Virus record (IMG/VR): IMGVR_UViG_3300031920_000251 | Span: 1-42,816 of that record | Length of the DNA stretch: 42,816 nt | Source of the DNA: a virus | Reading direction: 5' to 3' (one strand) | Part shown: positions 8,393-17,851 of the stretch, piece by piece | Layout of the letters: every line of letters starts with the position of its first letter | Numbering within the stretch: position 1 is the stretch's first letter | Notes under the pieces: model-generated | Told to the model about the DNA's origin: nothing | Database searches by the model: none | The model's input: the letters and a program-made list of their open reading frames with translations, nothing else | Made by a program: the position numbers and the translations under genes

Positions 8393-11218
8393 ATGGCAAT
8401 AAACCAAACAGAAATAAACCCAAAAGAACCAACAAGATATTATAAGCCTGATGGCGATTCAGTTGTCTTGCAAGCAGGACAGCATTTTTTAGGCGAGGGC
8501 TGGACAACCGAAAATCCTTTGAATGCTCCTGCTCCTACTCCGCCGTCTCCTGCTGATACTGCTATAAATAATGAAACTGATAATATTATGGGCAGTTCAA
8601 CAGGACCAAGAGCGGAGGCAGACGAAACAAAAAAAAAATTAGAGGGTATGGCAAATGGAGATGGGCTTGAAGATGATGATACTTATGAAGATTTTTACGA
8701 AACAGATGAGATAAATAATTTAACAACTGAAACAGATTTGGCTTTTGATAATATGAAAAACTTATTAGATAGCGAGAGTGATTTAACAGACGAAGATTTA
8801 AAGGAGATGGAAGAAGCAGCGGATAGAGCGGGAAGTGCTTATGACCCTTTGATAAAAGAAGCACAAGAAGCAAAAAGATTAGGAATGCCAAAAGCGATTA
8901 TAAGAGCAGGAGAGCGAGGCGGATTTATGTCAACACAATTCGCAGGTGCTGCCGCCTTACGAACAACAGAGGGTGAAACTTTTACAGGAGAGGGCGGACA
9001 ACTCAATCAAATAAAATCTCAATATGATGACGCTATTTTTAAAATTAAGGCTGCGAAATTAGAAGCGGAACGAGCGGCGAAAGCGGCGGCTAAAAGAGCG
9101 TTATTAACTGGAAAAAAAGAAGACACGGAGAGAGCTGTTTTGCTTTATGATATTGCAAAACAAAAACAAGCGGAAGCATTGGCAATGGTTGATAAGAAAA
9201 TACAGTTTAATGATATGGTGACGGAAAGAGATAGGCAGGAAAAAATATTTACACAGATGCAAATAGACTGGGGAATTTCAGCCGACAATGAAGAATTTGC
9301 AAAAGAGCAAAGAGAATATTTAACTACTAAATTATGGGAAGATAGGCAGATAAATTTAAGTAAAACTTATAGAGGAATTACAGAAGAAGAGGCTGGAAAT
9401 TATTCAGAAGATCAAGTGTTAAAAGTTAAAAATCCTATTCCTATTGTTGGCGAGGACGGCAAAACGACTTACGAAGAAACTTATTGGTTAAGGGCTCTTG
9501 GAAGTTCTGATGATGTCGCACTGATACAAGAGATGAAAAAAACTTATCACGATGTTAAAATTGATGAGTTTTCTGATACTTATGATGAGGCGTGGAATAG
9601 AATTGTGAACGAAAGCAAGATTTATTTAGATGAGCAGAAATTGACAGAAAAAGATTATCAATTTATAAAAGCCACTGGCGACCAAGCAGGCGGAGTTTTT
9701 GACCCTGCAACTGGAGAATTTACACCTACTGATATTCCGTCAGAAAGTGTTGACCTGATAACAGGAGAACCGAGGAAAGAAGCAATATTAGCACAAATTA
9801 GCAATGGATTATTAACAAAAGGAGATGCGACAGATATTAGAGATGAGTTTGCTGATGACCCTGATTTTTTAGCAAAAGTAACTAAGGCGTTTAGCGACCC
9901 AAAAAATAAAGCAGTCAGTGAAACGCAAGCGGGTAAGTATAATGCACCTGCTAATATTACAAGAAGACAATTAGATGAGATTATTCAAACAAGACAAGAT
10001 AATGGTTTTGGAAATAAAACTTTTCAAGGAGTAGGAAAAAAAGAATATCAAAATATAGTAGACTGGCTTGAAATGGAAAAAGATATAAATTCTATGAGAG
10101 CATTGAAAGAGGGCGGCGATTTTATAAAAACATTAAGTCAAGATGAAAAACAAAGAATATTTGATGATTTTAAAGATGACTTAGGGGTTGATAGTGTTGA
10201 AGAATTAGACAATATTGGAAAAGCGAATACTGGTCCAGTAGCAAGTAGGGCATTAAAAGCGAAAGAACTTTTTGGTGCTGGAAGTGAAAGACTTATTGCG
10301 ATAGATATTATTTCTGGAAAATATAAAACTGCTTTTATGAAAGAAATTTCAGGAGTTGCAATTTCAGAACCAGAAGCGATAAGACTTGGTAGTTTAGTTC
10401 CGAATATAGCATTACAAGATAAAAGATTTAAAAAATCATCAAGTGATGCACAAGATTCATTAAATACTAATTTATTAACTGCCGCTAATAGTTTTGGTTT
10501 TAATACAATAGATGAAATGAGAGAAGCAACAAGGAAAACAAGGGCAGGAGAATACTTTGATTTAGATAATCAAGTTTTAGAAAAAGCGATGAAAAAAGTT
10601 TCAAACGATAAAGTTAAGACAGACATTACAAACTATAAACAATCAATTCAAAGTGCAATAGATAGTGAATACACCAGTGCAGAGATTATTGATTATCTTA
10701 AAAATGACCCGAGTGTGAATGAAATGATAAATTCAGCAAAACAATATAATTATAATGATGATGAGATAATAGAATATTTACAAAATGAAAGTGGAAATTT
10801 TAGTATGGTTGGTGGCGACACAAATGAAGCCTCAAAGATTAGAGAAGCCATAGGACAATATGAGAGCGGTGGAAATTATCAAATTCGTGGCAAGGAAATT
10901 CCAAGTGGACAATATAAAGGTGAAAGAGCAATGGGAAAATATCAGATAATGCCGGGAAATTTACCGTCTTGGTCAAAACAAGCATTAGGAAGAATTGTTA
11001 GCGAAAAAGAATTTTTAAATAATCCAGATATTCAAGATAAAATAGCAGAATATAAAATGGCAAAAATATACGAACAATATGGAACAGTTGAAGATGTTGC
11101 AAGTATTTGGTTTTCTGGTCAGCCAATGGCAAAAGCAGGCAATAAAAAAGATGTATTAGGAACAAGTGTGCCAACTTATATTAAGAATATTCAATCAATT
11201 TATAATAAATTAGGATAA
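8393..11218 (+). CDS. large internal-virion/ejection-type protein with a C-terminal lytic-transglycosylase-like domain
   Basis: 941 aa. The C-terminal motif IGQYESGGNYQIRG...AMGKYQIMPGNLPSW is typical of lysozyme-like/SLT folds (catalytic Glu in ES, GxYQ). The long charged, coiled middle region resembles ejection or tape-measure-like proteins. Confidence 0.6.
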   Translation: MAINQTEINPKEPTRYYKPDGDSVVLQAGQHFLGEGWTTENPLNAPAPTPPSPADTAINNETDNIMGSSTGPRAEADETKKKLEGMANGDGLEDDDTYEDFYETDEINNLTTETDLAFDNMKNLLDSESDLTDEDLKEMEEAADRAGSAYDPLIKEAQEAKRLGMPKAIIRAGERGGFMSTQFAGAAALRTTEGETFTGEGGQLNQIKSQYDDAIFKIKAAKLEAERAAKAAAKRALLTGKKEDTERAVLLYDIAKQKQAEALAMVDKKIQFNDMVTERDRQEKIFTQMQIDWGISADNEEFAKEQREYLTTKLWEDRQINLSKTYRGITEEEAGNYSEDQVLKVKNPIPIVGEDGKTTYEETYWLRALGSSDDVALIQEMKKTYHDVKIDEFSDTYDEAWNRIVNESKIYLDEQKLTEKDYQFIKATGDQAGGVFDPATGEFTPTDIPSESVDLITGEPRKEAILAQISNGLLTKGDATDIRDEFADDPDFLAKVTKAFSDPKNKAVSETQAGKYNAPANITRRQLDEIIQTRQDNGFGNKTFQGVGKKEYQNIVDWLEMEKDINSMRALKEGGDFIKTLSQDEKQRIFDDFKDDLGVDSVEELDNIGKANTGPVASRALKAKELFGAGSERLIAIDIISGKYKTAFMKEISGVAISEPEAIRLGSLVPNIALQDKRFKKSSSDAQDSLNTNLLTAANSFGFNTIDEMREATRKTRAGEYFDLDNQVLEKAMKKVSNDKVKTDITNYKQSIQSAIDSEYTSAEIIDYLKNDPSVNEMINSAKQYNYNDDEIIEYLQNESGNFSMVGGDTNEASKIREAIGQYESGGNYQIRGKEIPSGQYKGERAMGKYQIMPGNLPSWSKQALGRIVSEKEFLNNPDIQDKIAEYKMAKIYEQYGTVEDVASIWFSGQPMAKAGNKKDVLGTSVPTYIKNIQSIYNKLG

Positions 11219-11232
11219 TTTAAGATAACTTT

Positions 11233-13026
11233 ATGGAAAGACCAACATTAGAAGAGATTTTTTCAGGTAAAAAAACTCCTGTAAAACCTCAACCAACAAA
11301 AACATTAGAAAGACCTTCATTAGATAGTATTTTTAATCGTTCAAATATACAGACTGAACAAATACCTTTAAAAACACAACAAAGACCAACATTACAAAGT
11401 ATTTTTTCTGGAATTAAAAAAGAACCTATTATAGAAAAAGAGAAAAAAGGTTTAATTTCACCAGAAACAAAAGAGGAATTTAAGCGAGTTTTTAAAGAAG
11501 CAGGCAGTGAATTATCTTTTAAGCAAGCGGGACAAACAGGAATAGAATTAGCAGGCAGGGGCGTAATGGCAGTCTGGGAAGCAGGGTTTAACCTCTTCGG
11601 TAAAGGAATTAAAAAAATTACTCCTGATGTTATTGAAGATAAAGTCTCTGAAATTATGTCAAAAGCAGGGAGTGCAGTTGCAGAAAGCAAACCAGAAGAT
11701 CAAATCGGAGTTAAAGAAAGTTTGAAATTAATGTTTGGATTATTTTCAAAAGTAAATGAAGAATGGCAAGAAGCAGAAAAACATTATCCTGATTTAATTC
11801 ATACTTTAGAGGGAGCAGGGGGCATTGCTTCTGTTTTGCCTGTTGAAAAAGCAACGATGATCGGAGCAAAAGGAGCAATAAAGGCAGGGAAAGTTGGCAA
11901 AGAAATAGCAGGAGAAGTGATTGAAAAAGGAGTAAAAACTGGGATTGATATAACTAAAAAAGGAGTAAGCACTGGAATAACAGGAGCAAAAGAAATAACT
12001 GAATTTGGAGTTTCACAGGCAACAGGTCTTAATAGAAGTGCTTTAAAACAAATAATAGAAAGTCCTGAAGCATTTACAAAAGAAGCAATAAAAAATGTAG
12101 ACACAGCAAGAGAAACGCTTGCAAAAAATATAAAAACTAAAATAGATAATAGATTAAAAGCATTATCGGAAACAGGAGAAGGGTATCAAGTTTTAAGAGA
12201 AAGTAACCAGTTTGTTAATATTCCAGAGGATGCTGGAAAAAAAGTATTAGAAAAATATAAACTTAATTTAGATGAAAAAGGAAAAATATTGCAAACAGTT
12301 GAAAGCATACCATTAAGTCCAACTGATAAAAAAGCATTACAAGATTTTATAAATGTATATAATAAAAATGAATTATCTGCTAATGCTTTTTTGAATGCCC
12401 GTCAATCATTGTCAAGTATGGCTAAATATGAAACTGGAAAAACAAGTGCTTCTATTACAATGTCAAGAGAATTAAGAAAATTTTATGATGAATTAGGGAA
12501 GAAACAAATTAAAGGATTAAAAGAGCTTGACGCTGAATTTAGCAAAGAGATAAAGATTTTAAATCAAATTAAAAAAGATTATATAAATCCTAAAACTGGA
12601 GATTTCAAAGATAATGCAATTAGTAAAATTGCTAATTTAACAGGCAAAGGGAAAGAGCAAGTTTTGGAAAGATTAAAGGGTATTGATCCTAATATTGAGA
12701 AAAAAGTAAATATACTTAAAGCATTAGAAAATATAAAAGATGCCTCTGGAATACAAGTAGGAACTTATGTAAAAAGTGGTTTAGCTGGATTTGGATTTGC
12801 AACAGCTAATATTCCGCTTGTGATTGGTTCAATTATTTCAAATCCCACCATTGCCGTTCCATTGATAAGAAAATACGCTTCATTTATGAAAAAAAAGGCT
12901 GATTTTATAAATAAGATTATTGATAAACTTAATAAAGGAAAAAATGTTGTAGGAGAAGAAAAAATCTTTTTAGAAAAAATGTTAAACGATAAAACAATAA
13001 AAGAAACAGATATTTTAAAAAAATAG
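11233..13026 (+). CDS. large virion-module protein (Gly/Lys/Ala-rich, internal-protein or tape-measure-like)
   Basis: 597 aa and the last gene of the late block. The N-terminus has three copies of an RP(T/S)L..IF(S/N) motif. The central segment is glycine-rich and amphipathic. Confidence 0.45.
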   Translation: MERPTLEEIFSGKKTPVKPQPTKTLERPSLDSIFNRSNIQTEQIPLKTQQRPTLQSIFSGIKKEPIIEKEKKGLISPETKEEFKRVFKEAGSELSFKQAGQTGIELAGRGVMAVWEAGFNLFGKGIKKITPDVIEDKVSEIMSKAGSAVAESKPEDQIGVKESLKLMFGLFSKVNEEWQEAEKHYPDLIHTLEGAGGIASVLPVEKATMIGAKGAIKAGKVGKEIAGEVIEKGVKTGIDITKKGVSTGITGAKEITEFGVSQATGLNRSALKQIIESPEAFTKEAIKNVDTARETLAKNIKTKIDNRLKALSETGEGYQVLRESNQFVNIPEDAGKKVLEKYKLNLDEKGKILQTVESIPLSPTDKKALQDFINVYNKNELSANAFLNARQSLSSMAKYETGKTSASITMSRELRKFYDELGKKQIKGLKELDAEFSKEIKILNQIKKDYINPKTGDFKDNAISKIANLTGKGKEQVLERLKGIDPNIEKKVNILKALENIKDASGIQVGTYVKSGLAGFGFATANIPLVIGSIISNPTIAVPLIRKYASFMKKKADFINKIIDKLNKGKNVVGEEKIFLEKMLNDKTIKETDILKK

Positions 13027-13034
13027 AACATATA

Positions 13035-13083
13035 AAAAACTACTCTTATATTTTGAGTAGTTTTTTATTTTGAGTAGTTTTTT
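13035..13083. terminator. bidirectional intrinsic terminator at the convergence of the late (+) and early (-) blocks
   Basis: AAAAACTACTC 13035..13045 pairs perfectly with GAGTAGTTTTT 13055..13065 around a 9-nt loop. A-run and T-run flanks make it work on both strands. The right arm unit ATTTTGAGTAGTTTTTT is tandemly duplicated (13050..13066 and 13067..13083). Confidence 0.75.
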
Positions 13084-13091
13084 ATTTTTAT

Positions 13092-13208
13092 TTAATCTTC
13101 GGGATAACTTGCAGGACAGATTAAAAATATAATTAAAGCATAAAAAAGAATACAAGGCATTATTATAATCAATGCTGTAAATACTAAAATGTTGATTATT
13201 ATTTTCAT
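13092..13208 (-). CDS. 38-aa hydrophobic peptide (possible small membrane protein)
   Basis: Hand translation gives MKIIINILVFTALIIIMPCILFYALIIFLICPASYPED. It is the last ORF before the terminator on the minus strand. Confidence 0.3.
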   Translation of the reverse strand: MKIIINILVFTALIIIMPCILFYALIIFLICPASYPED

Positions 13209-13214
13209 ATTATT

Positions 13215-13625
13215 TTATTTATTTAGCGATCTTTCAACAGACCAATTATAATTGTTTATTCTACTTAATAATGTTCCTCTATTTATATTTAATTCATCAG
13301 CCCATTGAGCCATTGTTTGAGTTTTATTTTTATAAGTAATGAAATGATTACGACGAGTATTATTTGCTTGAATTTTTATTGTGCTAAATTGACAATTCTT
13401 TTTACAATAATTTCCATTATTATTAATTCTATCTATACTTGTATCTTTTCCATATTTTCCAAAATGAATTAAATAACTTTCATACATATCATTCTTAAAT
13501 TCCTCAAAATTTTTCCACTCACATTTTATTCCTCTACCTCCATATCTATTGTAATTATCTCGGTTTTCATTATCACATCTTTCTTTAATACCACAAAAAA
13601 TCCTATAAAATCTTGTGTTGGTCAT
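13215..13625 (-). CDS. free-standing homing-endonuclease-like DNA-binding protein
   Basis: YRIFCGIKERCDN..NYNRYGGRGIKCEW, then SIDRINNNGNYCKKNC, then a C-terminal HTH-like MAQWADELNINRGTLLSRI. This pattern recurs in phage genes usually annotated as HNH-type or homing endonucleases. The assignment is from memory. Confidence 0.4.
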   Translation of the reverse strand: MTNTRFYRIFCGIKERCDNENRDNYNRYGGRGIKCEWKNFEEFKNDMYESYLIHFGKYGKDTSIDRINNNGNYCKKNCQFSTIKIQANNTRRNHFITYKNKTQTMAQWADELNINRGTLLSRINNYNWSVERSLNK

Positions 13626-13708
13626 TTTATGTAAACATCCACAACTTTTTGTAGTTCCTCTTTTTAAACAACTATATAAAACTTTTTTTTTGTTTCATAA
13701 GTTCATTT

Positions 13709-14107
13709 TTATTTATAAATTTTTCCTAATTCGTAAGATGTTCCAATTTCGGAGCATCTTTTTTCTGTTAATGATCTTCTTGTGCTTGTTTTCTTTTCTA
13801 TCAGAAAATCTGCGATGTCTATCATGTAAAAAGTTTTCTGTCCTCGCCGGTAAAACATTATTACGACAAAAGCGTCTGCACAATTCAACATAAAGCAGTC
13901 AAATGGCTTTTGCCTTCTATCTTCGTCTGAAATTTTATAAATAAACTTTTTATTTTTAACTTGCCATAAAGCATTTATCTGATGTTCTTTAACAGCGGAA
14001 AAAGGAATAGACTTTTTTTTTGTAAGTTTTAATTCAAACGCTCCTGAACCAAAATTACTATATTTTAACCAGCGGTTAAACCTGGTTTGAAAATCTTTTT
14101 CACGCAT
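13709..14107 (-). CDS. PD-(D/E)XK-fold nuclease, RecU-like Holliday-junction resolvase candidate
   Basis: GAFELKLTKKKSIPFSAVKEHQINAL (E-x-K followed by HQ, as in RecU) and KPFDCFML. Confidence 0.45.
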   Translation of the reverse strand: MREKDFQTRFNRWLKYSNFGSGAFELKLTKKKSIPFSAVKEHQINALWQVKNKKFIYKISDEDRRQKPFDCFMLNCADAFVVIMFYRRGQKTFYMIDIADFLIEKKTSTRRSLTEKRCSEIGTSYELGKIYK

Positions 14108-14110
14108 ATA

Positions 14111-14269
14111 TTAAAATTTAAAAAAATCTTTTAAAAAATTCCAACTATATTTAATTTCTTTTTTATCTGCCCAATCAGTAAGAAAGAATAAAATAAATAA
14201 AATGACTGGCATTATTAAAATAATAAAAGGAAGTAATATTATTTTTTTGATTAAGTTTAATTTATTCAT
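14111..14269 (-). CDS. 52-aa membrane peptide
   Basis: Hand translation gives MNKLNLIKKIILLPFIILIMPVILFILFFLTDWADKKEIKYSWNFLKDFFKF. It fits exactly between the rtcB stop and the next start. Confidence 0.35.
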   Translation of the reverse strand: MNKLNLIKKIILLPFIILIMPVILFILFFLTDWADKKEIKYSWNFLKDFFKF

Positions 14270-14276
14270 AACATTA

Positions 14277-15497
14277 CTAACCTTTTATTACACACAAAGG
14301 TTTTAATTTAACTAATCTTTTAACTAAGTCTTTTTGATTTTCCATTACATCTTCAATATCTTTATAACAACTTGTCGCTTCATCCAAATCGTTCTTGTGT
14401 CTTATTCCGTGAATTATGTTTTGGTCACCTAATATCTTAATTTCTTTTTCTAAGTCTAAAGTTTTTTCTGCTTGCTTTCTTCCTAACAATCTACCAGCAC
14501 CGTGAGAGCAACTTTCAAAACTTTCTGGATTTCCTAACCCCTCCACGATATAGCTTGAAGTTCCTTGACTGCCTGGAATAATACCAATTTGTCCTTTCTT
14601 TGCCTGTGTTGCTCCTTTTCTATGAACCCATACATTTTTTCCGAAATGATTTTCTTGAGTGGCGTAGTTATGGGCTATGTTTATAAATTTGTTTGTTTCA
14701 TTCAAAACTAACGAAGGTATATATTTTTCTACAGCGTGCAAAATTCTACTCATCATCAATTTTCTATTTGCCAAAGCAAACTCAACACAATAATTCATTT
14801 CTCTGATATATAATTGTCCTTCTTCACTATCAACTGGCAAAAATGCCAATTCCCATTCTTTTGGAACTTCACTATAATATTTAGCGTTTAATTCAACTGA
14901 TAATTTATTATAGTGATTTGCAACTTTTAGTCCTAAGTTTCTTGAACCTGAATGTATCATTATCCAAATATGTCCGTCATCTCCTTTTTGAATTTCTATG
15001 AAATGATTTCCTCCTCCGAGAGTTCCGAGAGATTTTAAAGCGTTGTTATATTCTTCCTTTACAATAGAATAATAAAATTCATCAGAATCATCACATGATA
15101 CAAACTGCATTTTGCGTGGCATTAAATTATCATCTTGTTTTTCTTGATGTTTATTGAATCCGACTGGAATAACTTTTCTAATTTCACTCATTATTTTTTT
15201 AAGAGTAGCAGTATCAATTTCTGTTAAAGAAGTTTTGACGGCACACATCCCACACCCGATGTCAACTCCGACAGCGTTAGGAATTATTACATCTTTTGTT
15301 GCCATTACTGCACCAATAGGCATTCCGTAGCCGAGATGGCAATCTGGCATTATTGCTATATGTTTATGCAAAAATGGAAGTTTTGCTAGATTATCTATCT
15401 GCTCCATTGCATTTTCTTCTATGCCAGGACACCAACTATAAACTGGATTTTTAAATTGTTTAAAATTTTCCATAAAATTATTTTTTAATTTATTCAT
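14277..15497 (-). CDS. rtcB: RtcB-family RNA 3'-phosphate ligase
   Basis: Full set of RtcB signatures: MPDCHLGYGMPIG, VGVDIGCGM, GGGNHFIEIQ, IHSGSRNLG, HRKGAT, IPGSQGTSSY, SCSHGAGR. Confidence 0.93.
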   Translation of the reverse strand: MNKLKNNFMENFKQFKNPVYSWCPGIEENAMEQIDNLAKLPFLHKHIAIMPDCHLGYGMPIGAVMATKDVIIPNAVGVDIGCGMCAVKTSLTEIDTATLKKIMSEIRKVIPVGFNKHQEKQDDNLMPRKMQFVSCDDSDEFYYSIVKEEYNNALKSLGTLGGGNHFIEIQKGDDGHIWIMIHSGSRNLGLKVANHYNKLSVELNAKYYSEVPKEWELAFLPVDSEEGQLYIREMNYCVEFALANRKLMMSRILHAVEKYIPSLVLNETNKFINIAHNYATQENHFGKNVWVHRKGATQAKKGQIGIIPGSQGTSSYIVEGLGNPESFESCSHGAGRLLGRKQAEKTLDLEKEIKILGDQNIIHGIRHKNDLDEATSCYKDIEDVMENQKDLVKRLVKLKPLCVIKG

Positions 15498-16681
15498 AAA
15501 TTTTTATGTGTTTTAGCGTAAATTTCTAAATAAAAATTACTCTTCTTGTTTACAACATTATCATATACTGCAAAATCAATGCTATCTTTATCGTTTAATA
15601 AATAAAGATATACATTTTTTGTTGGTCTGTTAATTCTCAAGAAGCGCCCCTGACTTTGTTTTAAATCTACAAAACTAAAAGATAAACTGTAATAAACTAT
15701 AAAATTTATTGTTGGTAATTCATAACCTGCCGAACATTGTATCATAATTAAAGCGATTGCGTCATCTTCTTTTTCTATCTGCTTTACAACTTCATCACGA
15801 TTTTCAACATCTCCGCTAATTACAAATACTTTTCTATTTTTTATATTTTTTTTAACTAATTCAATTTCTAATTTGTGCTTAAAGAATATTGCTATTTTTT
15901 TATGCTCTTTTATTATTTCTAATAATCTTGATAATTTTTCACTTTTATAGAATTGATTTTTAGAGTAGCCGTCAGATTTTAAAGTTCCATTCTCAATTTG
16001 TAATATTTTACTATATTTAACTATCGGCAGAAATTCGCTTTTCTTTACTTCTAATATCGCTCGTTTTTGCTCTGGAGTTAAATTAAAGTATTCAGTCTGG
16101 AATATTTGTTCTGGGACATCTACGCAGTCGCTTAATTTTACTGTGCTACCTATATTATTGCAAATTCTCGCAACCTCTTTTCCTAAATTTGGCTTTTGAA
16201 CTGAAATTGTTCTATTGCCCATTTTGACTTTATTAAAATACTTTTTATTATATTCATACCAATTAGGATTTTTACCTAACAATCTTTCTAATGCGTATAA
16301 ATTCCACATTGACGATAAATAGGGCGTTGCAGTTAGTCCATAAATAAATTTCGGCTGATGTTTTACAAAATATTTATAAGTATTTTTATGTAATTGGCTT
16401 TTGTATCCTGTAAAATTATGTGCTTCATCAATTACAATGCAATCATATTTTGGCAATTTATTCCAGTCTCTGCGAAATTCCTCTTTTGTCATTACAAGAT
16501 GATTTGTCTGTTCTTGCCATTGTTGTTTTATGCTTTTAGGACATATAATCAAACAATTTTCTGATTTTAATTTTACTAATTCAAGTATAGCATAAGTCTT
16601 TCCAGATCCGCACTCCCAGAATAAGCATATTCTATTAGGAGATTGTTTTATGAGCTCTTGTTGATGTTTATATAATTCCAT
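15494..16681 (-). CDS. SNF2/DEAD-like superfamily 2 helicase
   Basis: Walker A ECGSGKT, motif II VIDEAHNF, motif III LTATP, motif VI QSQGRFLR. Its stop overlaps the rtcB start by 4 nt. Confidence 0.85.
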   Translation of the reverse strand: MELYKHQQELIKQSPNRICLFWECGSGKTYAILELVKLKSENCLIICPKSIKQQWQEQTNHLVMTKEEFRRDWNKLPKYDCIVIDEAHNFTGYKSQLHKNTYKYFVKHQPKFIYGLTATPYLSSMWNLYALERLLGKNPNWYEYNKKYFNKVKMGNRTISVQKPNLGKEVARICNNIGSTVKLSDCVDVPEQIFQTEYFNLTPEQKRAILEVKKSEFLPIVKYSKILQIENGTLKSDGYSKNQFYKSEKLSRLLEIIKEHKKIAIFFKHKLEIELVKKNIKNRKVFVISGDVENRDEVVKQIEKEDDAIALIMIQCSAGYELPTINFIVYYSLSFSFVDLKQSQGRFLRINRPTKNVYLYLLNDKDSIDFAVYDNVVNKKSNFYLEIYAKTHKNL

Positions 16682-16773
16682 ATTAGTTTTAAATTATAAA
16701 TCCATTCATAAAAGATAGCTTCCTTCTAGCGTTTTATTCCGCAACTACTGAAAATAATAATTAAAATAATTAT

Positions 16774-17040
16774 TTATTTTTCTTTGTATTTTGACTCTGT
16801 TTCTCCGCAATGTTCACATTCATAATAAACAAAATCATCGTCCTCATCCTTTTTAACAAAATTATGTCCTGGACAGTTGCACCTGGAGAATAAAATCCTG
16901 TAAACACCAGTACTGGAAGTATTGCCCCAAACTCCACCATTAATTTTTACAAATTCACTGTCTTTTTGATTTATGAAGTTTTTTAATTTTTCAATTTTTT
17001 TTAATTCTTCAATTTTTTTTAATTCTTCAATTTTTATCAT
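16774..17040 (-). CDS. small zinc-ribbon protein with an IEELKK repeat at the N-terminus
   Basis: 88 aa with CNCPGH...CEHCG. An 18-nt tandem repeat at about 16991..17035 encodes IEELKKIEELKKIEKLK. Confidence 0.5.
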   Translation of the reverse strand: MIKIEELKKIEELKKIEKLKNFINQKDSEFVKINGGVWGNTSSTGVYRILFSRCNCPGHNFVKKDEDDDFVYYECEHCGETESKYKEK

Positions 17041-17074
17041 AAGTTTTTTATTTTATTAAATTAATTTATTTTAC

Positions 17075-17845
17075 TTAAAAACTAATTTCTTCTATTTCTC
17101 CGATAGGAATACTATCGTTCCAGCCCACATTTTTAATATTAAAATCTTTTTCGTCTCCTATTTCTTGAATAGCATTTAAAATTGTTTCTTTTTCATTTTC
17201 TATTCTTTCGGCATCCAAGGTAAAAGTTTGGCAGTTGAATATACCGTCAGTGTCTTTTTCTACAACGAAATGCTTACATTCAATATTAGTAATTTCATAA
17301 CAATACTCAACGAGGAGGCTATACATTGCTAATTGGCGATAATATCCATATTTAAGGCAATGATAATGATAAGCGACAGGCTCTATTGTTGTAGAAGTTT
17401 TCAAATCAACAATTATAGCGTTGTCTCCGTCTATTTTTAGAAAATCAGGGATGCCGCAAATTCCTTTCCAAATTCCAAGTCCGTCTATATTTTTCTTTAA
17501 AATTATCTGTCGTCTATAATCTTTTAGGTCTTGAAATGCTTGTTGCTTTTCAACTATTTCGCACATATTTTGAATTGCTTCATATTCTTTCATCGGTAAT
17601 TCAATATAATCTTCTGGCGGATTTTTGAGATTTCTGCGAGAAACAGCAATGTAATTCTTATCAAAAACATTTTTACCGCTTGTTAGCCAACAATCAACTG
17701 CCTTGCCTATTCTTAAAGGTTGTGTTTCAACTTGTTTTATCTCTCCTAAAATATGCTTTCTTTGAAAAAAGTTTTTATCTTTTAGCCAATCACTAATTTT
17801 AGAATTTGAAATATGTTTATTGTCTATGCTAAAATAATTATTCAT
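17075..17845 (-). CDS. PD-(D/E)XK (RecB/Cas4-like) exonuclease
   Basis: GIPDFLKIDGDNAIIVDLKTS (D...D-x-K) and YYRQLAMY (QxxxY) motifs. Confidence 0.7.
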   Translation of the reverse strand: MNNYFSIDNKHISNSKISDWLKDKNFFQRKHILGEIKQVETQPLRIGKAVDCWLTSGKNVFDKNYIAVSRRNLKNPPEDYIELPMKEYEAIQNMCEIVEKQQAFQDLKDYRRQIILKKNIDGLGIWKGICGIPDFLKIDGDNAIIVDLKTSTTIEPVAYHYHCLKYGYYRQLAMYSLLVEYCYEITNIECKHFVVEKDTDGIFNCQTFTLDAERIENEKETILNAIQEIGDEKDFNIKNVGWNDSIPIGEIEEISF

Positions 17846-17851
17846 ATTTTA

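Noticed and set aside
13615-13893. Plus-strand ORF 13615..13893, and other short opposite-strand ORFs in the track (for example 2457..2732, 3379..4035, 8274..8891, 11289..12104, 22351..22533, 23006..24097, 25096..25902, 28674..28886, 29992..30710, 38141..39268, 41250..41999)
   Set aside because: All lie antisense to, or out of frame within, longer ORFs that carry recognisable motifs or fit the operon structure. Their translations are low-complexity or hydrophobic noise typical of AT-rich DNA.
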